64,000 bases of DNA from Opitutaceae bacterium (GTDB lineage: Bacteria; Verrucomicrobiota; Verrucomicrobiia; Opitutales; Coraliomargaritaceae): the NCBI GenBank assembly GCA_051252375.1, contig JBPOFY010000006.1:32001-96000 (forward strand), in the 5' to 3' direction. The position numbers were made by a program, and so were the translations under genes. Positions 37,040 to 46,467 of the stretch are shown here, piece after piece (position 1 is the first letter of the stretch; the number at the start of each line of letters is the position of its first letter). The notes below the pieces were generated by a model that was not told where the DNA came from, made no database searches, and was given only the letters and a program-made list of their open reading frames with translations.

Positions 37040-37295
37040 TCTGTTCTATTTGATGGGTGGTTGGAAAAGGTGTAGCCACGTCACTCTGTGACGTGATTCA
37101 TTTTGAGCTTTGCCGAAGGGAGCTTGGAGGCAACAAACTAAGTCAGTTACCTTGTGGCTTCGTTGCTTACCTGTCATGAGCCAGTCGACTGAGCAATGGG
37201 GTTGGTTGGTGTAGAGTCCAGCATAGCTGCAGACCGTCGATGATCTTGAGCCTGTCGAAAGGCTTATTTACACTGATGGACGCTTATTGAAGTAA

Positions 37296-38330
37296 TCATG
37301 GTCTAGACAAGCGGAAGAATGCCTTCCCATTTGTGGTTGGAATGCTGACTTTGTATTGATCATTCTCGATAGTTGGGGTGAGGCTTGTCGAATCGAACGC
37401 TTCGATGCCTAGTTCGCCTGACGCTTCGACTTTCCAATAGAGAGCGGCGCTTGGCCATGTTAAGATTAAGTTTTCGTCTGTGATGGCGGATTTTACCGTC
37501 GGGATACTCCATTTGTTGGCTAGGTAGCTTTCTACTTCTTCCCGTTCACTGTCCGACAAGACTCGGTTATAGATGATCACTTCACCCAGGTTACCTGTAT
37601 AGAACCCTCGTTCATCGTTCGTTGCAGCGTCGGCTCCGAGTCGAATGTTCAGGCTATTTGTATTACTGGTGTTACCCGCACTTTGGAAGTTGGTCGCGTT
37701 AGTCGATAAGTCGCCATTGGAGTAGAGTTTTAGTGTAGCGTTTGCGTAGTCAAATACGCCGGTCCATTGTCCATAGCTGCCGTTAGTTAGACCAAAGCCA
37801 TTGATACGCTGATACGGGTTACTATCTAAACGTCTTCCTGCTAAGCCTGCATTTCCTGTCCCGCCAATGCTACTGCCGAAGGAATCGTTGAAGTTAAAAC
37901 CGGCACGTGTTCCAGCGGCATTTGTGCCAGTGGAGACCATTATGACTCGGTGTGATTGGGAGCCCGCATTTGAGCCGCTGGCAAAAATGAAAACGGTGCA
38001 GCCGGAAACATTTCGCAACATACCAAATGCGGCTGAGTTGACATCCATATAGTCACTTCCATCGAAAGATACGGTTGTTAGACCGTTGTGTGCGAGAGGG
38101 GTGACCGAAGGGCGACGGTTCGCAGTCGTCTGTGAAGCGTCTGCATTGTTGGCGGTCGACTTATCGACCCAGACGGAGCCATTGACAAAAGAACCGCCGA
38201 TTTGGAAATCGCCATCCACATCACTCCCATCAAGCCAAAGCACATTGCCAGAAATTGTTCGTGGGTCATTAAGCGCGAACAAAATCGAAGTGCATCCGCA
38301 CATGAACAAGATAGGGGTCATCCATTTCAT
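37296..38330 (-). CDS. Secreted LamG/concanavalin-like domain protein
   Basis: Signal peptide, LWLDGSD, GEVIIYNRVLS, C-terminal ...FFRL tail. Confidence 0.75.
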   Translation of the reverse strand: MKWMTPILFMCGCTSILFALNDPRTISGNVLWLDGSDVDGDFQIGGSFVNGSVWVDKSTANNADASQTTANRRPSVTPLAHNGLTTVSFDGSDYMDVNSAAFGMLRNVSGCTVFIFASGSNAGSQSHRVIMVSTGTNAAGTRAGFNFNDSFGSSIGGTGNAGLAGRRLDSNPYQRINGFGLTNGSYGQWTGVFDYANATLKLYSNGDLSTNATNFQSAGNTSNTNSLNIRLGADAATNDERGFYTGNLGEVIIYNRVLSDSEREEVESYLANKWSIPTVKSAITDENLILTWPSAALYWKVEASGELGIEAFDSTSLTPTIENDQYKVSIPTTNGKAFFRLSRP

Positions 38331-38588
38331 AGTGTTGGTTTTATTGATAAGTCGGCGATGTCACGATTCAGGCATCTGGGGTGGGGTGTATTTATCTCAC
38401 AAAGGCACAGAGGCTTGGAGAGGTGGACTGAAAAGATGTAGCCACGTCACTCTCTCGACCTGAGCCTGTCGAAGGTGTGACGTGTTTCTTTGGGATTTTC
38501 CAGAAGCTGAGCTTGGAGGCAACAAACTAAGTCAGTCTCTAGTCGTTTGTATCATCAAATGTTTCGCATCCTTTCCAGGAAGTTTAGG

Positions 38589-38692
38589 GAACGTCGAACG
38601 TCCAACGTTGAACGTCCAATCACGAATAACAACTGACGTAGGCGATCCGGAACATTCAATATTCGACGTTGGACGTTCGACGTTGGACGTTC
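38589..38692. repeat. Inverted pair of 39-bp heptamer elements with a 26-bp spacer ('empty' element)
   Basis: 38589-38627 on plus and 38654-38692 on minus, both 5x7+GAAT. Confidence 0.9.
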
Positions 38693-38829
38693 CCACTCCC
38701 CACTGTCGGCAAAGCCGACTATGCGCTTGGCATCGCAATCTGGATCGTTCTACATGCCCGAATACTCATAAAGCCGCTCGATGGCTTCGAATACATGTGG
38801 GTTTAATTTTAAAATAGAAAAGAAGTATT

Positions 38830-39549
38830 ATGGCAGTCTGGGGAAAAATAATAGGAGGCGTTATCGGTTCGATCGGTGGGCCCATTGGTATTGGACTAGG
38901 CGCTGCGTTGGGGCATCAGTTCGATAAAGCAGCGGAGCAGGTTGGTCAAAAGCAGCAGGTTGGCGTGGCCTACATGTTTATCTTAGTGGCTTCGATGGCG
39001 AAGATGGCTAAAGCGGATGGTCGTATTTCCAAAGAAGAAATCGAGCGAATTGACCAGTTCTTCTCACAACTTGGTTTAACAGGAGACACCCTAAAGGCTG
39101 CACGAGATATCTTTCGCCAGGAGAAGGACTCGGATTCTGATATCGGAGCGTATTTTGAGCAGTTCTCTCAGATAACCAAAGCGGATTTGAATCAGGCCCA
39201 AATTCTCTACACGATCCTTCTAGAGATTGCCAAGGCGGACGGTCATCTTCACGAAGCTGAAATTCAGATTTTGCACCTTGCCGAATCAAAGCTGCGCCTT
39301 CCAGTCGGCTATACCGACAGAGAAATTGGCAGCCAGCACAGTAGCTTGAAACATGCTGCCGAAGTTCTCGGTGTTTCTGAAACTGCAACCGAGTCGGAGA
39401 TCAAGAAAGCCTTTCGAGATAAATGCAAAAAGATGCATCCGGATGTGCTGAAAAGCCAAGGCTTACCCGATGAACTCGTTCAATACGCCGGAGCGCAAAT
39501 CCAGAGCTTCACCGAAGCGAAGGATGCGATGCTGACGAAGCGCAAGTAG
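38830..39549 (+). CDS. djlA: DjlA-like co-chaperone (TM + TerB-like + J domain)
   Basis: WGKIIGG...GHQFD, AKADG x2, HPD motif. Confidence 0.85.
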   Translation: MAVWGKIIGGVIGSIGGPIGIGLGAALGHQFDKAAEQVGQKQQVGVAYMFILVASMAKMAKADGRISKEEIERIDQFFSQLGLTGDTLKAARDIFRQEKDSDSDIGAYFEQFSQITKADLNQAQILYTILLEIAKADGHLHEAEIQILHLAESKLRLPVGYTDREIGSQHSSLKHAAEVLGVSETATESEIKKAFRDKCKKMHPDVLKSQGLPDELVQYAGAQIQSFTEAKDAMLTKRK

Positions 39550-39884
39550 CGCGGAGATGGTGCACCGAAGGTGTGCCCGTAGGGTGACTGACAGAGTGCG
39601 ACAGCACGTAGATGGTGAAAACAGGTGGGTTTGCCCGAATGGCGAGTAAGATGGGTGCCCTCAGGGCGATCGAACGAGCAACTGGGTGCCCTTTGGGCGA
39701 GTGAAGGAGCAAAGCCCGTTAACCCGAAGTAGGCAAAATCATACAACTCGAACGTTTTTTTTTACTACAAAAGACGCGAAAAGCGCGAAAGGATGGTGAT
39801 GAATGGAGGGCTTGTATGCTCTGCTTGGATTCAGGCAAAATCATTATGGAGGGACGCGTTGCACGCGTCCGCTTTGCATTGGGC

Positions 39885-40262
39885 TCACTTCCTCTTGTAT
39901 TCGCCCTGCGGTTCCTGGACGAGCACATCGGCGGAGATGCCCAGCCCGTGGCTGAGAGCACGGATCATTGAAAGGCTGAGTCCGCGTTTACGGTTTAGCA
40001 CTTCGGAGATTTTGCTCTTACTCGGAATGTAAGCTTCCAGGTCTTTGGCGCAGAGGCCTTCTTGCTCCATCCGAAATTTGATCGCCTCAATGGGGTCGGG
40101 CGGATCGATCGGGTGGTGAGTGGCCTCATATCGCTCGATCAGCATAGACCACAACTCCAACTCATCCTCCATTGCGCTGCCTGCCTTTGCGTCCATCAAC
40201 GTTGCCACGTGCGCCAACGCAGCCTCGTAGTCGGCTTCTGATTTGATGACTTTTACTTTCAT
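39885..40262 (-). CDS. higA: HigA antitoxin
   Basis: IKSEADYE, PDPIEAIKFRMEQ, SEVLNRKRGLSL. Confidence 0.92.
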   Translation of the reverse strand: MKVKVIKSEADYEAALAHVATLMDAKAGSAMEDELELWSMLIERYEATHHPIDPPDPIEAIKFRMEQEGLCAKDLEAYIPSKSKISEVLNRKRGLSLSMIRALSHGLGISADVLVQEPQGEYKRK

Positions 40263-40264
40263 GG

Positions 40265-40558
40265 CTAAATGGTGGTGGCGTCGATCTGGTCGTAGTCGGC
40301 ATGTGTGCCGACAAAGCGGATGAAGACGATCCCGGTGTTGTAGTGGATTTTGACGATGAGGCGGTAGTGGTTTCCTTTGATGTTAAAGACGACACGATTG
40401 TCCGGCAGGATGTCCGCGGAACGGTAGTGAGCTTTGATATCCTGAGGCGCTTTCCAGTCGGCATGGAGCACTTCATGATACCAAGCTCTTAGAGCCTGCT
40501 CGGCGTCAGCATGCGTCTCCCAGAAATCTTTCAGGGTCTTTTTAGATATAATGCGCAT
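40265..40558 (-). CDS. higB: HigB toxin
   Basis: MRIIS, RVVFNIKGNHYRLI, FVGTHADYD. Confidence 0.93.
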   Translation of the reverse strand: MRIISKKTLKDFWETHADAEQALRAWYHEVLHADWKAPQDIKAHYRSADILPDNRVVFNIKGNHYRLIVKIHYNTGIVFIRFVGTHADYDQIDATTI

Positions 40559-40589
40559 GATGGATTAGGATAATGAGTGGGGCAAGTGC

Positions 40590-40612
40590 AAAGTTCCCGC
40601 TAGGGGAACTTT
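40590..40612. promoter_or_regulatory. Probable HigA operator
   Basis: AAAGTTCCC-N5-GGGAACTTT just upstream of higB. Confidence 0.7.
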
Positions 40613-40786
40613 GGAGGGCCTCGCAAATGTCTGAGCTAGTTTAGTATCTCATTAAAGTCACTATTCTACGTCAACTCCTTCGGCTGCTTGTAGAGAACAG
40701 GTTTACAGTCTGCGGGCTTCACCCATTCAATTGCATAATCTGGGTTAAAGCCGAAACGGTAGCTATACGTTCAAAGATATGTAGGT

Positions 40787-41659
40787 TTATAGTGCTTGGG
40801 TGTGTCGGCACTTTGGGAAATCGCTACATCCCAGAAATTTGTTTCCTGCACTGGTCCCGCGTTTTGCGATTCGTTCGACCATCTTGCCTCCACACTGTGG
40901 GCACGATTGGGCCATGTTGGGTGGCATGAATGCTTCGGGAGGTGACGGTTTATGTGTTTTAGGTTTCACCTCAACTTCCTCGCTTGAGACTGCATGAATC
41001 GGAGATGGTTTGGGCATCGGCTTTATGTTGCCGAGCATACCAGCCAGCTGATCCCCAGCGATCAATTCAATCGGTTCTCCGTTTGCGAAAGCGAGTGCTT
41101 CTTTGGTGAAATTTCCGGTGCCGATCACGATAGCTCTGGCAGCACCTGCCTTGTGCAGAACGCCGAGCGTTTCACGCACAATCTTCACTCCTATCTTCGC
41201 ATTCTTCCAGTGCTTACACTGGATTAAGATACGGCGGCCATTAGGATCAACCCCGTCGAGGTCAATGCCGCCATCAGCTCCACCTTTTGTTTCCGCGATA
41301 TCGTAGCCACGTTGGCGGTAAAACTCGCCGACTAGCATTTCAAACTCACGCCAGTGCAAAGCACGTAGATCGGAAATTGAGCGAGTGTGAGCGACTAACT
41401 CCTTCCTGGTTTTTCGCCGCATCCAACCTGAAAGTCCAGCTGCGAGACTGAGTAAATACGCGACTATGGCGGCGTAAAATGGAACTGCACTGTATGCCTC
41501 GCCAAATAGCTCTATGAACTGCGAAATGACAACAGCCACCAAGCAGTAGACCGCCACCGTGGGCACGAGCGCCACGAGAAATACAGCCCATAGCGGAAGG
41601 TGAAAACAGAGCGCTTGGATCGCATCCAGCACATCGTCGATAAGTGTTTTTTTTGCCAT
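40787..41659 (-). CDS. Membrane-anchored Mrr-family restriction endonuclease with C-terminal topoisomerase-type Zn ribbon
   Basis: 2 TMs, WREFE, ADGGID, IQCKHW, CPQCG...FLGCSDFPKC. Confidence 0.88.
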   Translation of the reverse strand: MAKKTLIDDVLDAIQALCFHLPLWAVFLVALVPTVAVYCLVAVVISQFIELFGEAYSAVPFYAAIVAYLLSLAAGLSGWMRRKTRKELVAHTRSISDLRALHWREFEMLVGEFYRQRGYDIAETKGGADGGIDLDGVDPNGRRILIQCKHWKNAKIGVKIVRETLGVLHKAGAARAIVIGTGNFTKEALAFANGEPIELIAGDQLAGMLGNIKPMPKPSPIHAVSSEEVEVKPKTHKPSPPEAFMPPNMAQSCPQCGGKMVERIAKRGTSAGNKFLGCSDFPKCRHTQAL

Positions 41660-41703
41660 GTATTTTGATCCCTATCGTTGTGTTCGCCTCCTCTCTGGTC
41701 TAG

Positions 41704-42099
41704 TTATTTCGACTGACTGCCCGGCATCTGAGACTGCAAAACATTCGTTTTGGTTTCCAGACTCTCGCCGTCGGCTGCGTCTTTGATGTTGGCTTTGGTT
41801 TGATCAATATCTCGTAGGCCGTGCTCTTTACCTGCGGCATCGATCCAGCACCAGCCTTTCAATGCCGTGTGCTTGTATTCTGTTGATTGCTTCTTAAGCC
41901 CCCACCAACTGGACGTTTCGATGGTAAAGCTTTCCTGTTTATGGTTCCACGTAAGATTCGTGTCTTCCCAATTTCGGGCTATTGTGAAGATGCCGACTAT
42001 AATTGTAATGAGGAGTGCGAGTCCAAGGCCGCCGAATAGTATCGTAAGGAAAATACCCAGTTCATCGTCTTTTGCTTTTGAAGTGCTCGTTTCTGTCAT
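41704..42099 (-). CDS. Hypothetical membrane protein
   Basis: Single TM; 4 bp from the rhomboid stop. Confidence 0.6.
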   Translation of the reverse strand: MTETSTSKAKDDELGIFLTILFGGLGLALLITIIVGIFTIARNWEDTNLTWNHKQESFTIETSSWWGLKKQSTEYKHTALKGWCWIDAAGKEHGLRDIDQTKANIKDAADGESLETKTNVLQSQMPGSQSK

Positions 42100-42103
42100 A
42101 TCT

Positions 42104-42892
42104 TTATTGGTTTGTTGTTTGTTGAGTCTCTGTTTCCTTAGTTGAAATTTCGTTCATTACTTCTTCTATAATTTCATCCATATAGGGGTCAGGATATACT
42201 TTACGTAATAATTGTTCGGCTTCCTCGTCAGATATATTGTCGGACTCATGCAACACGCGCACTGCCTCGATCGGATCTTTTAAGTCCGCAGTAAATCCAC
42301 CCAATAATCCTCCTAGATGACCTAGCCATGAAATGCCGACAGTTGCCGACATTTCTGTTGGGCGTATGGTATCGAAGAATCCGTCTCCGAGATAGCCTAT
42401 GCCCAGGAGCATGCCTAAGGTAACTAACTTCCCCTTGCGCACTGAGGCTAAGATGATCACGCCAAGTAGGGCGAATAGAATACTACTGGATCCGAGATAA
42501 ATTGTGCCATTTTGCCCAAATATTAGCTGCGCCATTCCTGCATACAGAATGCCGTATCCGATTGCTCCAAGTGCACGTGGGGCACCTGCGACGGCGAAGG
42601 CAATCAGCCCAGCGGGCCAGAGGAATAATAAATTACTCCATAAGTGCGACCAACTTCCGTGAAAGAAGTGAGTGGTGAAAACTGAGATGAGTGATTTCAG
42701 GAATGAGACGCTTCCCTCGCCAGGAGTGACAACAAGCCACGGGTTTCGATTCGCGCCTGGGTAAAAGTAGTGGAGTAGGATAGACAGCACGCTAATCGCT
42801 CCGAGGGTGATGACTCCGAAAATCAAGCCTTCCGATAATTTAGGCCAGCGTAGGTCGGCTACTTTTTGTTCCTGTGGCGTTTTAGTGCTCAT
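42104..42892 (-). CDS. Rhomboid family intramembrane serine protease
   Basis: FFHGSWSHLWSN, GSSS (catalytic Ser region), GHLGGLLGG. Confidence 0.8.
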   Translation of the reverse strand: MSTKTPQEQKVADLRWPKLSEGLIFGVITLGAISVLSILLHYFYPGANRNPWLVVTPGEGSVSFLKSLISVFTTHFFHGSWSHLWSNLLFLWPAGLIAFAVAGAPRALGAIGYGILYAGMAQLIFGQNGTIYLGSSSILFALLGVIILASVRKGKLVTLGMLLGIGYLGDGFFDTIRPTEMSATVGISWLGHLGGLLGGFTADLKDPIEAVRVLHESDNISDEEAEQLLRKVYPDPYMDEIIEEVMNEISTKETETQQTTNQ

Positions 42893-42947
42893 GGTTTGTG
42901 GGTTACTGAATCTTTATATTTTGCGTTCGACCCCTTTTTTAGTGCCC

Positions 42948-45008
42948 CTAGGCTCTAAAGAATGTAGTTTTTTTAAACCACTTGCATTCGGCTAATTCAC
43001 TCTGACTAATAATCGCTTTAATTTTATCCAATTCTTTTGACTCCACTTTTAGCCTCTTAGTTGCGAGTGCAATTAAGAGTTCGTAAGTTATTGAGAAGTC
43101 TTCTTTTTGTATGGCTCTATCTATTAAGTAAGTGATGCTTTTACTGTGGGTTTCGTGGTCGGAATAATCGATCTCGCTGGGTGAAGCCGATCTTAGTATG
43201 ATCGCTTGAAGCATTGAATCGTTGTATCTGAAGAAATTTTCCGGCGATAGTAGGACGCGTCGATTGGGCAATGGAGAAAGCTGTTCCTCATCTTTAAGCT
43301 TATTATTCGATCTGGCGCTCTGCAATAGATGAATAAACGTTATTAATAGAAATAGAGAAGAGTCATGGTTTAGTGGATAATTCATGCCTTCCCATAATCT
43401 GAACTTATCATGCAAATGTAGATGTTCAGATTCGTATAGGAGACAGCTACTCGAGAGCGAAGGATTATTGAGTTGCGTAAGCCTATTTTTAACCCTTTTG
43501 GATACATTTAGTCTGCCTTCTCGTTTAATGAAATCTAGTTCTTCATTCCATGAGAGCCCCAGGGTTTCAGGTGAACCTATAAATATGTTAACGAGCGAGC
43601 TTAGTTGATTATGCTTAGTCCGTAGATTCTGACCTAGTTTATCTAATTGAAGTTTGGATTCTGGCGTTCCAATGCCAGTCAAATAAATGATTGTTTTAAT
43701 ATTTCGATGTCGACGTAGATCGCGACTGATTTCTAGCAATCTTGTTCCCGTAGAAAAACATGGGCACACCACTACAACTGACCCACTAATCCTAATTGTT
43801 GGATTTTCTAGGTCATCTGGCGTTAGAAATTTAGGCTTAACTGGGAAAGTCGATAGCGCGTCTGATATTGCTCTCTCATCTACTCCAACACCTATGATGT
43901 GGGTAGTGCTGATAGGTGATCGGCAGCTGATTTCATTTTTTAGCCAGTGTTTAAATATAGAATGATTAACAAGTTTGTTAACGTCTACAAATAAGGGGAA
44001 TTGTGCAGTCGCAGAATTATTGCATGCTGCGAAGCACTCTTTCATCTTGATTAATTCTTTGAGCTTTAATGATTTTAAACAAGTTGAATGACCTTTTGCG
44101 TTGATCGTAACTGATTTGGGGGCATCCGCCTCAATGGTGAATGTTTCACCAGATAATCGAATTGAAGGCAGGAGTTTGACGTGTGGTTCAGATTCTGGTG
44201 GTGTGACATGAGAGATGACTATGGGATCTTTTACTTGTTCTTTGCCCCCATGCACCTTGGGATCTAAGTCGAGAATTGTTACTACTCGGGTTAAATTGCG
44301 CCATCTAGTTTTAGTGGTGATCTTTTTTAGCAGTTTATGGGTGGTAGTTGCAGAAATCACCATTAATGATTCTTCGACATTAGCAGCATCTAAAATTTCT
44401 TCATAAGATGTATATGATGAGAACGAAACGGTTATGGGTTCGTGTTTCTTGTCTCCGAATCGAATTCTTCCTGCCAGTGATGTTAGGCCATATAAGTCAA
44501 TGGTATCGACATAAATAGTGTTAACATATTCATCAAAAATTTTGCCCCATGCTTTGATGAGAAGAGTTGCAAGGAATGACATCTCTGCGTGGCGGACGAA
44601 CATTCTAGAACTTTGTATGAAGAATTTCGATTTTGCTCCAGAAGGTTTAGCAAAAGACTTCCCCGGAGGGGGGGGCAACACTGGCTTTCTTTTTTCAATT
44701 ATATATTTAAGCCCCAATTCAAAGAACTGTTCGCTCTCCTTGGGTGATCTTGTTTGCCCGAGTGCATTGATTTCAATAATTTTAGGCTTACAATGAAATC
44801 GACGTGTAATGACTTTATTTACTTCGTTTTTATTTTCAGGGGAAAGTTCTCCTTTGTGAAAATGTAATGTGACTTTGTCCGGGACAATCTGCTTGGATTG
44901 ATAGTCGATAAAATCCTCAAATTGTATCGAGTCGAAGTTTCCGTAGGCCAAATAAATATGATACTTAAGCCCGTCTTCAAAGGCGAAGATATTATTTGAT
45001 TCTTTCAT
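42948..45008 (-). CDS. Uncharacterised protein with two degenerate phosphoribosyltransferase-like domains
   Basis: KPSGAKSKFFI hood-like motif, LMVISATTT and VVVVCPCFSTG PRPP-loop-like motifs; AT-rich. Confidence 0.6.
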   Translation of the reverse strand: MKESNNIFAFEDGLKYHIYLAYGNFDSIQFEDFIDYQSKQIVPDKVTLHFHKGELSPENKNEVNKVITRRFHCKPKIIEINALGQTRSPKESEQFFELGLKYIIEKRKPVLPPPPGKSFAKPSGAKSKFFIQSSRMFVRHAEMSFLATLLIKAWGKIFDEYVNTIYVDTIDLYGLTSLAGRIRFGDKKHEPITVSFSSYTSYEEILDAANVEESLMVISATTTHKLLKKITTKTRWRNLTRVVTILDLDPKVHGGKEQVKDPIVISHVTPPESEPHVKLLPSIRLSGETFTIEADAPKSVTINAKGHSTCLKSLKLKELIKMKECFAACNNSATAQFPLFVDVNKLVNHSIFKHWLKNEISCRSPISTTHIIGVGVDERAISDALSTFPVKPKFLTPDDLENPTIRISGSVVVVCPCFSTGTRLLEISRDLRRHRNIKTIIYLTGIGTPESKLQLDKLGQNLRTKHNQLSSLVNIFIGSPETLGLSWNEELDFIKREGRLNVSKRVKNRLTQLNNPSLSSSCLLYESEHLHLHDKFRLWEGMNYPLNHDSSLFLLITFIHLLQSARSNNKLKDEEQLSPLPNRRVLLSPENFFRYNDSMLQAIILRSASPSEIDYSDHETHSKSITYLIDRAIQKEDFSITYELLIALATKRLKVESKELDKIKAIISQSELAECKWFKKTTFFRA

Positions 45009-45014
45009 CCTATG

Positions 45015-46172
45015 TTAAGCTCTGTGGCAGGGGATAATTATAGTTATTGCTGTTCCAGATACTTCAGCATTTCCATGTGTGTCCCAATGACGGAGTGCCC
45101 TAGGGCTGTCCTCTCCGCGGTTTTTAAAAGTCTGAAACAAGCATAGTCTTCCAGTTCGGATTCTGATGAGGCCATTCGTTCTACAAAGTGCTCTCCAGAC
45201 AACATCTAGTCCATCTCCTCTACTGCGTAGTCTTTTTGAACTCACTTGATTATTAAAGCAGCTCTCAGTGATCTTTTTTTCATCACTTAGTGATAAATTA
45301 GATAGAGAATTCCCCGATAGGCTTTGTGCTAGACCTGGGCCGCCATCGACAATCGAGATTTCAATAAAATGAGGGGTGTCTTGTTTATCAAAGCTGCATA
45401 AGAATTCATTGAAATGATCATTTGAAGACTTTTTTAAATGTAAGTTTCCTGTGTTAGTATGACTCTTAATTATGAACCCTCTGATATTTTTCGGGTATGC
45501 TTTATTTTCAAGGTCGCAATAAGCATGATCGTTTGTGTTATGGAATAGCTCATATAGCATGCTTGTCAGTGGAAGTATGAGGCTCTGTTTTTTTGCTATG
45601 TATCTCCCAAATGCTTTGCTGTTTCTAAATGCGGCAATGCAAAGCGAACGGAATTTTTCTCTAGAGATAATTCCATCGCGTGAAGGGGAGTCGTATAACG
45701 ATTTTAGAAACTCGTAGTGTGAGCCATGCAGGCAAAGAAATTGGGTCGCTAGTTTGTCGCGGCTTTTTGGTGAGGTGGCATTAACGCTCTTTGGCTCATA
45801 AATGTCACAAGTATCCATTAAGCTTAAGACCTCTGTGCAATGCTTTGCATAAACGTTCTTAGGGATATTAGCACCTTGTGCGTTTAAGAGTTTATCAGTA
45901 AGATATAACGCGGCGATTCCATACATCCGCGTGCCATATGATGATAATTGTCGACTTTGTGCCTCTTTGTCATCGTCGTTGATGTAAGTCTTTATCGTGG
46001 GTGATTCATTTAATCTTTGCCATGTCATTAGCAACTGAATTAAAGCAATTTCGTTGCCCCAAGACCCTTCATGTTTAAGGTTTGAGGGTAACCGGAGTAG
46101 AGGGTCTCGTCTAGCTTTCAACAATGCAGATTCAAAATCATGCAATGAGAAGTCTGATTTTATAACGAGCAT
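45015..46172 (-). CDS. GHKL/histidine-kinase-like ATPase domain protein
   Basis: ELFHNTNDHA (N box), IVDGGPGL (G1), RGDGL (G2), SGTAITI. Confidence 0.75.
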   Translation of the reverse strand: MLVIKSDFSLHDFESALLKARRDPLLRLPSNLKHEGSWGNEIALIQLLMTWQRLNESPTIKTYINDDDKEAQSRQLSSYGTRMYGIAALYLTDKLLNAQGANIPKNVYAKHCTEVLSLMDTCDIYEPKSVNATSPKSRDKLATQFLCLHGSHYEFLKSLYDSPSRDGIISREKFRSLCIAAFRNSKAFGRYIAKKQSLILPLTSMLYELFHNTNDHAYCDLENKAYPKNIRGFIIKSHTNTGNLHLKKSSNDHFNEFLCSFDKQDTPHFIEISIVDGGPGLAQSLSGNSLSNLSLSDEKKITESCFNNQVSSKRLRSRGDGLDVVWRALCRTNGLIRIRTGRLCLFQTFKNRGEDSPRALRHWDTHGNAEVSGTAITIIIPCHRA

Positions 46173-46354
46173 GTTAGACTGTAATATAGATCAATATGAA
46201 TGATCAACATTAACCTACGTAAGTCCGAGCGTTCTGGAACATCTTGAGCCATGGACCAGCAACATCGCGGAGCGATGAAGTTGGAAGGGGGAAGTTTAAA
46301 TTGTGAAGTTCCTGAAGCATAGAGCTATTTGGTATTTTAATCTGCCTGGAGGGG

Positions 46355-46456
46355 GGTGAGGATTTGGTCGATTTCTTCGATGTGTTTTTTGGTGCGTTTG
46401 CCGAAGTGGGCGGCGATCTCGGTGGGGTCGGGGCCGGTGGTTGGGAGGAGGGCGTG
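46355..46456 (-). repeat. Remnant of an MmeI/YeeA-like methyltransferase 3' end, copy B
   Basis: Translates HALLPTTGPDPTEIAAHFGKRTKKHIEEIDQILT; about 89/102 identical to 47939-48040. Confidence 0.7.
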
Positions 46457-46467
46457 AAACTGTTTAA

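Noticed and set aside
40666..40770. Short open frame YSYRFGFNPDYAIEWVKPADCKPVLYKQPKELT* on minus
   Set aside because: Possibly a gene remnant, but no start codon or recognisable family
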